DNA from: Promethearchaeota archaeon Loki_b31
GTDB taxonomy: Archaea > Asgardarchaeota > Lokiarchaeia > Sigyniarchaeales > SOKP01
Assembly (NCBI GenBank): GCA_005222975.1
Contig: NJBI01000026.1
Coordinates: forward strand, 1 to 47,185
Length of the DNA stretch: 47,185 nucleotides
Direction of reading: 5' to 3'
Part shown: in pieces, positions 37,240-46,582 of the stretch
Layout of the letters: every line of letters begins with the position of its first letter
Position numbering within the stretch: position 1 is the first letter of the stretch
Made by a program: the position numbers and the translations under genes
The notes under the pieces: generated by a model
What the model was told of the DNA's origin: nothing
What the model saw: only the letters and a program-made list of their open reading frames with translations
Database searches by the model: none

Positions 37240-37420
37240 TGCTTTAAACGAATATAAGGATGATGAAATTATAGTAGTTTGCCATAGTGGGGCACGCTCG
37301 ATGATGGCAGCCCAATTACTGGTCAGAGAGGGATTTAAAGACGTTAGAAACTTAACATGTGGCATGATGATATGGCACCGGAATGGTTATCCTGTGTTGC
37401 CACCTAAAAAAGAATACTAG
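37235..37420 (+). pseudogene. C-terminal half of a rhodanese domain (absent from ORF track)
   Basis: The +1 frame relative to iscU reads IDALNEYKDDEIIVVCHSGARSMMAAQLLVREGFKDVRNLTCGMMIWHRNGYPV...; in-frame TAG at 37232-37234 directly upstream; no DVR/GHIPGA half. Confidence 0.8.
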
Positions 37421-37661
37421 AATTTACAAATTATAAAAAAATATTTTTAATTATTATTTTACCAAATCCCAGGAAATATCTTATAACAAGCGTTTTTTGT
37501 TGAAAATTTCTTCATACATGGTAATCGTCGTTGAAATTTAATTCTTAATCTAAAAATAGTTAGACAACATGATAGATTTTTTTTAAATTATAAGTATAAA
37601 ATTTTAAAGTTCGCGTAATAAATATATATTCAAATCCCTATAAATTTAAAAAAGTGATAAA

Positions 37662-38246
37662 ATGAACGAAACACCTAAAAAGTTATTTGCTGCTTATGTT
37701 GGCGAATCTCAAGCAAGAAATAGATATACATTCTTCGCATCGATAGCTAAAAAGGAAGGGTATGTATTAATATCGCGAATATTTCAAGAAACTGCCGATC
37801 AAGAGCGTGAACACGGTCTAAACTTTTATAAAATGCTCCAAGAATTCAAAAAGGAAGAGAATTTTGATGATTTCCTTGTTAATGAGATGTATCCTACGAC
37901 TTATGGAAAAACAATAGAAAATTTAAAATCCGCAGTTAATGGCGAAACAATGGAGTATACGAAACTATATCCGGATTTAGCTGATACCGCTGAAAAAGAG
38001 GGGTATCCTCATATTGCAGAAAGAACGCGCGCTATCGCTCGTGCAGAACAACATCATGCAGAACGTTACGGTAAACTGTTGAAATTAATTGGAGATGATG
38101 CGTTCTTTAAACGAGGAGAGAAAGTAGTGTGGGTCTGCCTTGAATGCGGCTACGAAGTAGAATTAGACGAGCTTCCAAAAGATTTTGATTGTCCGAGTTG
38201 TTCACATCCAAGGTCTTATTTCAGAAAGAAATGCGAAGTATTCTAA
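37662..38246 (+). CDS. rbr: Rubrerythrin
   Basis: GESQARNRY, QEREH, GE..EY..LYP, AEQHH, C-terminal CLECG...CPSC.HP..YF. Confidence 0.93.
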   Translation: MNETPKKLFAAYVGESQARNRYTFFASIAKKEGYVLISRIFQETADQEREHGLNFYKMLQEFKKEENFDDFLVNEMYPTTYGKTIENLKSAVNGETMEYTKLYPDLADTAEKEGYPHIAERTRAIARAEQHHAERYGKLLKLIGDDAFFKRGEKVVWVCLECGYEVELDELPKDFDCPSCSHPRSYFRKKCEVF

Positions 38247-38346
38247 ATTCCGAATATGTATTATAAAACTTAAGCAAAATAATTAAATATTAAACTTTCA
38301 ATTATTGGAAACAACTATTGACTAAAATAGCGATAGTGAAAGCGAT

Positions 38347-38733
38347 ATGAAACAAAAGGAAATATATAAATGTGAAATTTGTGGAAAAGTAATCGAAATC
38401 CTTAAACCAGGCGTACCTGATACCATCTGTTGTGGAAAACCAATGGTATCTATGGAAGAAAAGACTGCTGATTGGAAAGGAGAGAAACACGTTCCTAAAA
38501 TTACGATTGAAGGTAACAAAGTCACAGTTGATGTTGGCGTATCAATGGGAACTCCACACCCTATGACAGAAGAGCATTATATTATGTGGATTGAGTTAAT
38601 CTGCAAAGACAATTGTTATAAGCGCAAGTTTTTAAAACCTGGAGACGAACCTAAAGCTACGTTTGTTGTAGCAGATATTGATGTTGTAGGCGCCCGAGAA
38701 TATTGTAATTTACACGGTTTATGGAAGAGTTAA
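38347..38733 (+). CDS. dfx: Desulfoferrodoxin (2Fe superoxide reductase)
   Basis: YKCEICG...CCGKPM, EKHVP, HPMTEEHYI.WI, EYCNLHGLW. Confidence 0.93.
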   Translation: MKQKEIYKCEICGKVIEILKPGVPDTICCGKPMVSMEEKTADWKGEKHVPKITIEGNKVTVDVGVSMGTPHPMTEEHYIMWIELICKDNCYKRKFLKPGDEPKATFVVADIDVVGAREYCNLHGLWKS

Positions 38734-38857
38734 GTTTTATCTAAGTTAATTTTAATACTTTTTTTTATTTTTATTATTACATCAAATATTTTAGATTATT
38801 ATTGATTTTCTAATGTATATTTATTAAGTTATAAAATAGAAGGAAATTGCCAATATT

Positions 38858-40213
38858 ATGTTGATCCTCTTACAAATTTTTGTAATTAGTTGCTTTGTTG
38901 TGGTTATAATTGCACTTTTCAGAGAAAATGTAGATTTTTTGACTTACAGTATGGGAGCAATGTTAGCTGCGGCTACTGCTACATATTTTTTTTCTCTTGA
39001 AGCTGTATCTATGGAGGAATTTTTTCTGTCAGTTAATTGGGAGGTAATTTTTTTCTTAATTTCAATGTTTACAATTGTGGCTATACTAGAAGAAAATCTC
39101 ATATTTCAAGAAATAGCCAGAAGAATTACTAAGAAATTCAGTACGAATACTAGGGAGTTCTTTTGGGTAATTTGTCTTATATCAACTGTAAGCGCCGCTT
39201 TTATTGAAGACATTTCTGTGGTGATTATATTTATTCCGATGATTATTAAGACAAGTGAAAAAATGAAAATAAACCCTGCTCCAATCCTTTTAGGCATGAC
39301 GATTTGTATTAATCTTGCTTCTACTTTAACTCCTTTTGGTTCTGCGGAGAATATATTAATTGCAAGTCAATTTTCGCTCACATCACAATGGTTTTTTTTT
39401 AATCTTGGCATTTATTTCATCATAGGGACTTTATCGACGCTTTTATTGTTAGATTATTTTATAGTTAAAAAACGTCTTACTGATATCTGGATCCCACATT
39501 GCGAAGAACATGAGGAATCATTGGAAATTAAGCATATAGAAGAACATGAATTAGTAATTTTAGAGGACCCCATTGATAAAAAAGTATTTAATAGTAACTT
39601 GATTGCACTTGGCGTTCTGTTTGTTCTATTAATAGTTATTCCTAATATTTTATTTGTGGGATTGTTAGGAACATTAATTTTTGTTTTTATAAATCCAAGG
39701 AGGAGGAAATCTGGAAAAAGTAAACCAGATCTCTCTTATTATTTCACTAAAGTTGATTACAAGTTAGTATTCTTTTTTATTAGTTTGTTTGTTTTAGTGT
39801 TTTGTTTTGAAAAAGTGGGAATTATTCAATTCCTTGAAGATTTTGTAATAAGCGTTGCTCCCGCTAATCTTTTTTTATTATGTATTTTTATTCTAGTAAT
39901 AACTTCAATTCTATCTGGACTTCTTGATAACCTTCCAGTAACAATTCTGTTTCTTCCCATTTTACAAGTGTTAATGGATGCTGGATTTTCAGCAACACCT
40001 ATATTAATCGCATTCATCTTAGGAATAAACTTGGGAGGAAATATATTACCTCAAGGCTCAGCTGCTGATATGATGACCCTTGAATTATCAGCGAAGTATT
40101 GTGTAGATGAAATGAATTATAAAAGATTGCTAAAAACTGGCGGCATTTTCGCTATATATCATATAATTTTAGGAATTGCTTATTTGGCAGTATTAATATT
40201 CGTTTTCTTTTAA
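38858..40213 (+). CDS. ArsB/NhaD/SLC13 (ion transporter superfamily) permease
   Basis: NWEVIFFL, SAAFIED, TLTPFGSAENI, SGLLDNLP, NLGGNILPQGSAA; many TM segments. Confidence 0.85.
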   Translation: MLILLQIFVISCFVVVIIALFRENVDFLTYSMGAMLAAATATYFFSLEAVSMEEFFLSVNWEVIFFLISMFTIVAILEENLIFQEIARRITKKFSTNTREFFWVICLISTVSAAFIEDISVVIIFIPMIIKTSEKMKINPAPILLGMTICINLASTLTPFGSAENILIASQFSLTSQWFFFNLGIYFIIGTLSTLLLLDYFIVKKRLTDIWIPHCEEHEESLEIKHIEEHELVILEDPIDKKVFNSNLIALGVLFVLLIVIPNILFVGLLGTLIFVFINPRRRKSGKSKPDLSYYFTKVDYKLVFFFISLFVLVFCFEKVGIIQFLEDFVISVAPANLFLLCIFILVITSILSGLLDNLPVTILFLPILQVLMDAGFSATPILIAFILGINLGGNILPQGSAADMMTLELSAKYCVDEMNYKRLLKTGGIFAIYHIILGIAYLAVLIFVFF

Positions 40214-40295
40214 TGTCTGAAATTTTTCATATTTTTTAATCTCAATAGAATATGTAGATCAAAGTTAAATTGGTTGAAATGTAATCTTACTTAAT

Positions 40296-40844
40296 ATGGG
40301 AAAGATTAAAGCAATTATACTAGATCGAGATGGAACGTTAATAGAGGATAAAGATTATGCTTATAAAATCGAAGATTTCGAGCTTTTACCTGGAGTTATT
40401 GAAGGCTTAAAAATTTTACAAAAGAATTTCCTTCTTTTTATTGTCACAAATCAATCTGGTATTGGAAGAGGATATTATACCGATAGAGAATTCCATAAAT
40501 TCAATGATTACTTGATTGGGATATTAAAAGAGAATCAGATAAGGATAGAAAGAACTTTTTACTGTCCACATGTAAAAGAAGACAATTGTGAGTGTAAGAA
40601 ACCAAAAATAAAATTTATTAGAGAAATTGTTGATGGATGGAATGTGGATATAAATAATTCCTGGGTAATTGGGGACCATCCTTCAGACATTTTATTTGGC
40701 ATTAACGCTAGGTGTAACACAGTATATATGAGTACGGGACATGGTGAAAGGCATCTAAACGAATTAGAAGTAGAGGGAATTACTCCAACATATATAAGTA
40801 ATAATTTTCTAAAAGCAGCACTTGAAATTGTAAGAGTGAAATAA
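40296..40844 (+). CDS. HAD-IIIA phosphatase (GmhB/histidinol-phosphatase family)
   Basis: LDRDGTL, VTNQSGIGRG, CPH...CECKKP, VIGD..SD, TGHG. Confidence 0.88.
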   Translation: MGKIKAIILDRDGTLIEDKDYAYKIEDFELLPGVIEGLKILQKNFLLFIVTNQSGIGRGYYTDREFHKFNDYLIGILKENQIRIERTFYCPHVKEDNCECKKPKIKFIREIVDGWNVDINNSWVIGDHPSDILFGINARCNTVYMSTGHGERHLNELEVEGITPTYISNNFLKAALEIVRVK

Positions 40845-40969
40845 TTTACTAGGTTATACTCACGATATTGATTTAATATAAATATTCAACGATTTTGTGC
40901 GAATTTAAATAACAATCAATATAATATTAAATATATACAATAACCGTACATCCTATTTTAGTGAATTCA

Positions 40970-41668
40970 ATGATAAAAAATATATTGTTTGATATTGACG
41001 GTACACTTATTGGACAGAAAATAAGAGGAGATATAACTCTTAGAACATTTTACCTTGAAAATAAAGAAAAATTCGATAATGTTTCAGAAAAGGAATTTTT
41101 TAATTTATGGTTAAATGCCGGGAAAATAAATTTTCAACAATTTCTTAAGGGAGAAATCTCTTTTGAAGAAAAAATAACTTCACAAATTCTGGAGGTCTTT
41201 AAGCATTCCAGTAGTGAAATTGATAGACATAAAGCTAATATGATTTTTAATAAATTTTTGCCTTTATATGAGGAAAATCTCCAATTATATGAAGATGTAA
41301 TACCATGTTTAGAAGATTTAAAAAAAGAGGGTTATCGCCTTGGTATAATTTCTAATGGGCATAGTGAAGATCAAAGAAAAAAATTAAATAAATTTGGTAT
41401 TAAAGATTATTTTTCTACTATAGTAATATCAGGTGATATTGGATTTGCGAAACCTAATCCTAAAATATTTCTCGAATCGATTAAAATTCTTAACGTGGAC
41501 CCCCAAGATGTAATTTATATAGGAGATATGATAGAAATGGATATTATTGCAGCTAATAAAGTAGGAATGAAAGCAATTTGGATAAATAGAGCTAAAAGGG
41601 AGGTAAAATTTGATGGTCCCTCTATTTCAGATTTAACCAATTTAAAAGAAATCATTGAAATGAAATAG
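40970..41668 (+). CDS. HAD-family hydrolase (YjjG-like)
   Basis: FDIDGTL, LGIISNG, KPNPKIF, YIGD...DI; ATG 40970 preferred to GTG 40961. Confidence 0.85.
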   Translation: MIKNILFDIDGTLIGQKIRGDITLRTFYLENKEKFDNVSEKEFFNLWLNAGKINFQQFLKGEISFEEKITSQILEVFKHSSSEIDRHKANMIFNKFLPLYEENLQLYEDVIPCLEDLKKEGYRLGIISNGHSEDQRKKLNKFGIKDYFSTIVISGDIGFAKPNPKIFLESIKILNVDPQDVIYIGDMIEMDIIAANKVGMKAIWINRAKREVKFDGPSISDLTNLKEIIEMK

Positions 41669-41709
41669 TTAAATGAGAAGAACGATGGAAGGCTTTTTGT
41701 CTTGCAAAT

Positions 41710-43206
41710 CTATGTGCGACGACTCTCTTCGTAATCCTTTCTTTTTCGTTCGTGCATAATACGGACTTCTTTTTTCATCTCTTCTACAACCTCTCCAGTT
41801 AAAGGATAAAATTTTACCCATACTATTAAGCCGATTAGGCATGCAATTCCAGGTATGAGAGTCATACTAAGGTTAACGCCTAAAGAAGCTGAAGCCATAC
41901 CTTGAGTTGCTGCTAAACCACCTACCGCATCCACATATATCAAACCAAAAGCAGTCATTAATGCTGTTGGAACCGCTAAAGCAACACTAATCATAGGCTT
42001 GCTAAGTAAGGGCCCTACGCCAGCATAAAGTCCCTCTCTCCTTTCTCCTGAAATTTTCCAATAATCGTAATCAATCGTATCAGCTCGCATTGGATTATGT
42101 TGAATAAAATCTCCCGCAAAGCCTAGCATAAATATTGAAAACCCAATTGAAACAAGGACCCAGTTGCCTGAAAGTCCAGCAAAAAAGCTAAAGAAAAACC
42201 CTATAACTAAAGCTCCAAGGTAATATGTTATTGACGCTTTTGTTGATAGTCTTGCGGCGATTTTCAGAATAATTGGAATTGAAATAAGCAAGCAGATTAT
42301 TGGTCCAATCCAGAAAAGAATCATATCAAAACCTTCCATCGGTGTTAGGACCCAAGTTAAATAGAAGGGTAAGCTTACCATTACCAAATTCAATAATAAT
42401 ACTGAAACTCCGTCATATATTACATATACTCTGAAGGAAGGGTTTTTGAAGGCAAGTTTTATCGATTTTAATAAGGGGGTTTTTTTTTCGGGGATATGTT
42501 CACTATGCTCATGAACATATTTTGATAATAATAGGTATGGAAATACACCAAAAATAGCGATAATTACTACAAGCAATTGAAATTGGGCAATGGTTGCTGT
42601 GGTTGGATTTGCTAAGTACATAACGGGAACAATGAAGCCAATTATAATTGCTGGTAACATAAAAGCAGTGCTCATTAGCTGAATTTTTTCTCTTTCTCGT
42701 TGATTTAGCGTCATTTGGGGGAGTAGAGCTACATGAGCGCATAACACAAGCGTAAATAAAGTATCGTATGCAAGTTGACTTACAAGATACCATATGAAGA
42801 GCCAAATTTGAATCGTTAGATTTGATGTCTGTCCTCTCCATGAAATTGGCGGAAAAAATACCAACGCGAAACATAAACTAAAAAGTGGAGCACCAAATTT
42901 AATATAGGGGATATATCTTTGAACTTCTCCTCTTTTTTTATTATAATATCGTGTATTTCCAATTGCATTGCCAAAGATCGGATCGTTTATAACATTCCAA
43001 ACCGCATATATAATCTGTGCAATGAAAATCCATATGTTTAATAATCCCATCCATGCGAAATAGAAAGATTGGATTACACCCATCATTCCACCGTAGAATG
43101 TACCTGGCATTTGAGCAAAACCATAGGATAATTTTTCCTTCAAAGGTACCATTTCCGAACTACGATGTTCTAAATGCTTAGCAATTTCTTTGTCGTTATC
43201 GGGCAT
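41710..43206 (-). CDS. GPH/MelB-type (MFS_2) transporter
   Basis: EKLSYG, WNVINDPIFG, ALLPQMT....ER, ADTIDYD....GERREGLY, YPLT. Confidence 0.88.
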   Translation of the reverse strand: MPDNDKEIAKHLEHRSSEMVPLKEKLSYGFAQMPGTFYGGMMGVIQSFYFAWMGLLNIWIFIAQIIYAVWNVINDPIFGNAIGNTRYYNKKRGEVQRYIPYIKFGAPLFSLCFALVFFPPISWRGQTSNLTIQIWLFIWYLVSQLAYDTLFTLVLCAHVALLPQMTLNQREREKIQLMSTAFMLPAIIIGFIVPVMYLANPTTATIAQFQLLVVIIAIFGVFPYLLLSKYVHEHSEHIPEKKTPLLKSIKLAFKNPSFRVYVIYDGVSVLLLNLVMVSLPFYLTWVLTPMEGFDMILFWIGPIICLLISIPIILKIAARLSTKASITYYLGALVIGFFFSFFAGLSGNWVLVSIGFSIFMLGFAGDFIQHNPMRADTIDYDYWKISGERREGLYAGVGPLLSKPMISVALAVPTALMTAFGLIYVDAVGGLAATQGMASASLGVNLSMTLIPGIACLIGLIVWVKFYPLTGEVVEEMKKEVRIMHERKRKDYEESRRT

Positions 43207-43325
43207 ATTATAAACCTAATTTAACTTAAGAATCATAAAAAGTGATAGTTCAGAAAGTAGTCTAGGATATTTCAATATTTTGTAAAAATGTAAATTAAAA
43301 AAATAAGTAATAAAAAATTAATTTT

Positions 43326-44729
43326 TTAGATTTTTGCAAAGTTAGATTTATCGCTTCCGCATACCGGACAAAACCAATCATCTGGGATATCCTCAAAAGG
43401 AGTTCCAGGAGCTATTCCACTATCGGGATCGCCGTTAACTGGATCGTAAACATATGCACATATTAAACACTTCCACCTCCCTCCCAATTCAGCGCTGGAT
43501 TTTTCTACTTTAATGGTGGCTTTTTCAGCTTTTTTTTCTACTTGTATTTCCACTCGCGGAATTTCAAATAAATTAGGCATTGCGTGTTGATATTTCTTCA
43601 TAATGAACCTTGCAATTACTATTCTCTGAATTTCCGAAGTACCTTCGTAGATTTGATACAATTTTGCGTCTCTAAACAATTTTTCGACAGGAAAGGTTCT
43701 AATATACCCATATCCTCCAAAAACTTGGATAGCTTCAGTGGTAACATTCATTACAACATCTGAAGCAAACGCTTTTGCTATAGAAGATGTAAGATTGCTG
43801 TCTAAACCTTGATCTCCTTCCCATGCCGCCTTATAAGTTAATAGTCTCGCAGCTTCAATATCCTTATACATCTCTGCTAATTTAAATTGAATTCCTTGAT
43901 AATTTCCTATAGGTCTTCCAAATGTCTCTCTTTTCTGAGCGTAGTCAATAGCATATTCCATAGCTGACCTTGCACACCCTACAGCAAACGCTGCGACAGC
44001 AGGTCTAGTTTTTTGAAAAGTTTGCATAGCTAACAGAAATCCTCTACCCGGTTTTGCCAATACATTTTCTTCAGGTATTCTCACATCTTTCAATACTACA
44101 GAACAAGTATTAGATGCTCGTTGACCCAATTTTGGTATATGAGGTCCAGTTTTAACTCCTTCGTAATCAGTTGGTACAATGAATCCTGCTATACCACGAT
44201 GTTTTTTCTCTGGATCAGTCGTTGCAAAAACGGTGATATAATCAGAATATCCTGCGTTTGTTATCCAATATTTAGTTCCGTTCAATATAAAATCTTTTCC
44301 ATCTTTTTCGGCGCGGCATTGCATTCCAGCTACATCACTACCCATTCCTGGTTCTGATGTGGCAAACGCGATTAATTTGAAATTTTCTGTTATATCCTTT
44401 AATACTCTATTCTTTTGCTCTTCGTTCCCCCCAATTACTATAGGTCCTGAGCCTAGATCGTTATCAAATATTGAAGTTGCGGTCCCCGGACATGCAGCTG
44501 CAATTTCTTCTACAACTATTACTGATTCCATTAAACCATACCCTTGCCCGCCATACTCTTTCGGAACCCCTAAATTTGTCAATCCTGCCTTCCACGCTTT
44601 TTCAATGACTTTCATAGGCATAACTTCATGCTCGTCATAACTGAATGAAGTGGGTAGAACTTCCTTTACTGCAAATTCTCTAGCTTTCTTTTGTAAAGCT
44701 AGTTGTGCTTCTGTTAAATTAAAATCCAT
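43326..44729 (-). CDS. Acyl-CoA dehydrogenase with a C-terminal rubredoxin domain
   Basis: [44 protein letters not shown]; then [16 protein letters not shown]...[17 protein letters not shown]. Confidence 0.93.
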   Translation of the reverse strand: MDFNLTEAQLALQKKAREFAVKEVLPTSFSYDEHEVMPMKVIEKAWKAGLTNLGVPKEYGGQGYGLMESVIVVEEIAAACPGTATSIFDNDLGSGPIVIGGNEEQKNRVLKDITENFKLIAFATSEPGMGSDVAGMQCRAEKDGKDFILNGTKYWITNAGYSDYITVFATTDPEKKHRGIAGFIVPTDYEGVKTGPHIPKLGQRASNTCSVVLKDVRIPEENVLAKPGRGFLLAMQTFQKTRPAVAAFAVGCARSAMEYAIDYAQKRETFGRPIGNYQGIQFKLAEMYKDIEAARLLTYKAAWEGDQGLDSNLTSSIAKAFASDVVMNVTTEAIQVFGGYGYIRTFPVEKLFRDAKLYQIYEGTSEIQRIVIARFIMKKYQHAMPNLFEIPRVEIQVEKKAEKATIKVEKSSAELGGRWKCLICAYVYDPVNGDPDSGIAPGTPFEDIPDDWFCPVCGSDKSNFAKI

Positions 44730-44746
44730 TTTTTTTAACCTCTATT

Positions 44747-45955
44747 TTATTTCATTTTTTCTATTAATTTATCTACAATATCTTTAAAATCTAAATCCTC
44801 TGCTTTCGGAACGAATTTAATCTTAATCAACTCGTCCATAACATCTATTCCAGCAGCTTTCATTTGTTCAGCTATTTCTTGTGCAGCTTGACCTGACCAT
44901 CCATAAGAACCAAAAGCTAATCCAACTTTATTCATAGGTTTCAACCCTCTTTGATAACATAAGTATTCTGCAACAGAGGGGTATAGTCCATTGTTTAGGG
45001 TAGGACTTCCAATCAATATTGCTTTTGCCTTCATTGCCTCAGTAATAACATCAGAATAATCTGCTTGAGTCAATCTGAATCTTTTAACTGGAATACCTCT
45101 ATGACGGATTTCTTTCGTTAAAGCTTTAGCAATTTTAGCTGTACTCTCCCACATTGTATCGTAAACGATTAAAACGCTTTTTCCTTCGATTTCTCCGCTT
45201 GACCATTTCCTATACTTCTCTAATATCTCTGGGATGTTTTTTCTCCAACCAACCCCATGAGCAGTACATACAACATCAATAGGCAATGCTCCAACTACGG
45301 GAAGCGTTTTTGCAATAAGTCCCGATAAATGAAGTAAAATATTAGCGTAGTATTTTTCCGCTTCTTCCATAATCTCACACATGTCATTTTCATCGTCCCA
45401 ACGCATAGTGGTTGCAATATGTTGCCCGAAAGCATCGCTAGAAAACAGGATATTTTTCCCATTATCGTCACTCATAAATGCTACCATGCTATCTGGCCAA
45501 TGTATCATGGGTATCGGTACGAATGTGAATTTTTTACCATTTCCAATATCCAAAGTGTCTCCATTCTTAACGGCTCGAATTCTATCGAATATTTCAGCGT
45601 CAATTTCTTGATGGAAATGGCTCTTTAGAACATCAACCCCTCTGGCAGAAGTAATTATTTCTGCGTTAGGTATGTGTTTTAAAATTAGCGGGAAAGATCC
45701 AGAATGGTCCATCTCAATGTGATCCATGATTAGATAATTGATTTCTGCTGGATCACATATATGTTTTATTTTATCCAGATAATATTCGAAATACGGACGC
45801 TTAACAGTGTCTATTAATACAGTTTTATCTCCTGATTTAACTATATAAGCGTTATAGGAGGAACCTCTATGAGTGGAGTATCCATGAAAATTTCTTACTT
45901 CAAAATCTACATAACCAACGTACCATACGTCTTTCAATAATTCTAAATGAGTCAT
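44747..45955 (-). CDS. fprA: Flavodiiron protein (O2/NO reductase, FprA type)
   Basis: GSSYNAY, HIEMDH, HWPDSM, SSDAFGQH, YDTMWEST, GSPT, FGSYGWSG. Confidence 0.93.
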   Translation of the reverse strand: MTHLELLKDVWYVGYVDFEVRNFHGYSTHRGSSYNAYIVKSGDKTVLIDTVKRPYFEYYLDKIKHICDPAEINYLIMDHIEMDHSGSFPLILKHIPNAEIITSARGVDVLKSHFHQEIDAEIFDRIRAVKNGDTLDIGNGKKFTFVPIPMIHWPDSMVAFMSDDNGKNILFSSDAFGQHIATTMRWDDENDMCEIMEEAEKYYANILLHLSGLIAKTLPVVGALPIDVVCTAHGVGWRKNIPEILEKYRKWSSGEIEGKSVLIVYDTMWESTAKIAKALTKEIRHRGIPVKRFRLTQADYSDVITEAMKAKAILIGSPTLNNGLYPSVAEYLCYQRGLKPMNKVGLAFGSYGWSGQAAQEIAEQMKAAGIDVMDELIKIKFVPKAEDLDFKDIVDKLIEKMK

Positions 45956-46134
45956 ATTTTTTTAATTCCAATTTTTGGATTAATTGTTGTTATTTAAGTT
46001 ATTTTTTTGTTTGTTTTTAATAAATTTAATTTATTTATCTTATAAATTTTAGAGAAGTTTTATGCTAAATACAAGCTAACGAATAACCTATCGCCTAATA
46101 TAAAAGAAAAAAATAAGAATAAAATTAATTAAGT

Positions 46135-46275
46135 TTAATCTGAGATTTTTGTAAAGAAACTCTTGTCTACGCCGCAAACTGGGCATATATAATCATCAGG
46201 GAGATCTTCGAACTTAGTCCCTTCTTTTTCTTCGTCGTAAACATATCCGCAAGCGCCACATTCCCATTTAACCAC
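46135..46275 (-). CDS. Rubredoxin, 46 aa (absent from ORF track)
   Basis: GTG start behind AGGT; [46 protein letters not shown]. Confidence 0.92.
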   Translation of the reverse strand: MVKWECGACGYVYDEEKEGTKFEDLPDDYICPVCGVDKSFFTKISD

Positions 46276-46421
46276 TATAAACTACCTTTCTTTTAATTTA
46301 ATTAATTTGTATTTATGGATTTGTTAATTGAATGTACATTAAAAATATTAATTTAATATTTTATAAATTAATCTAATTAGGCTTTAGCCTTTAAACTTGG
46401 AGTCTGAAAAAAGTACAATTT

Positions 46422-46565
46422 TTAAGGTGTATTTTTTTTTACAAAAAATTTCTTAGAGGTGCGACACCTCGGACATTTATAGTCTTCCCCAACTTTTTCA
46501 AACGGAATCTCCTGTTCTTCGTCTATATATACGTAATTACATCTTTTACATCTGTGTATAGTCGT
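46422..46565 (-). CDS. Rubredoxin-like protein, ~47 aa, with no canonical start (absent from ORF track)
   Basis: TIHRCKRCNYVYIDEEQEIPFEKVGEDYKCPRCRTSKKFFVKKNTP; two CxxC pairs; GGTGG 6 nt before ACG. Confidence 0.8.
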   Translation of the reverse strand, partial: TTIHRCKRCNYVYIDEEQEIPFEKVGEDYKCPRCRTSKKFFVKKNTP

Positions 46566-46582
46566 AATTTTCCACCATATTT

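Noticed and set aside
37237-37257. Selenocysteine readthrough of the iscU TGA giving U-C-F-K-R-I
   Set aside because: The following bases are explained by the rhodanese remnant in another frame, and I could not identify a SECIS-like hairpin downstream.
38846-38857. Sixth non-canonical start (ATT GCC AAT ATT before ATG 38858)
   Set aside because: Only four codons, with a weak SD; indistinguishable from chance.
46456-46470. GAGGTG-CGA-CACCTC hairpin
   Set aside because: A 6-bp stem inside the rubredoxin coding sequence with no other support.
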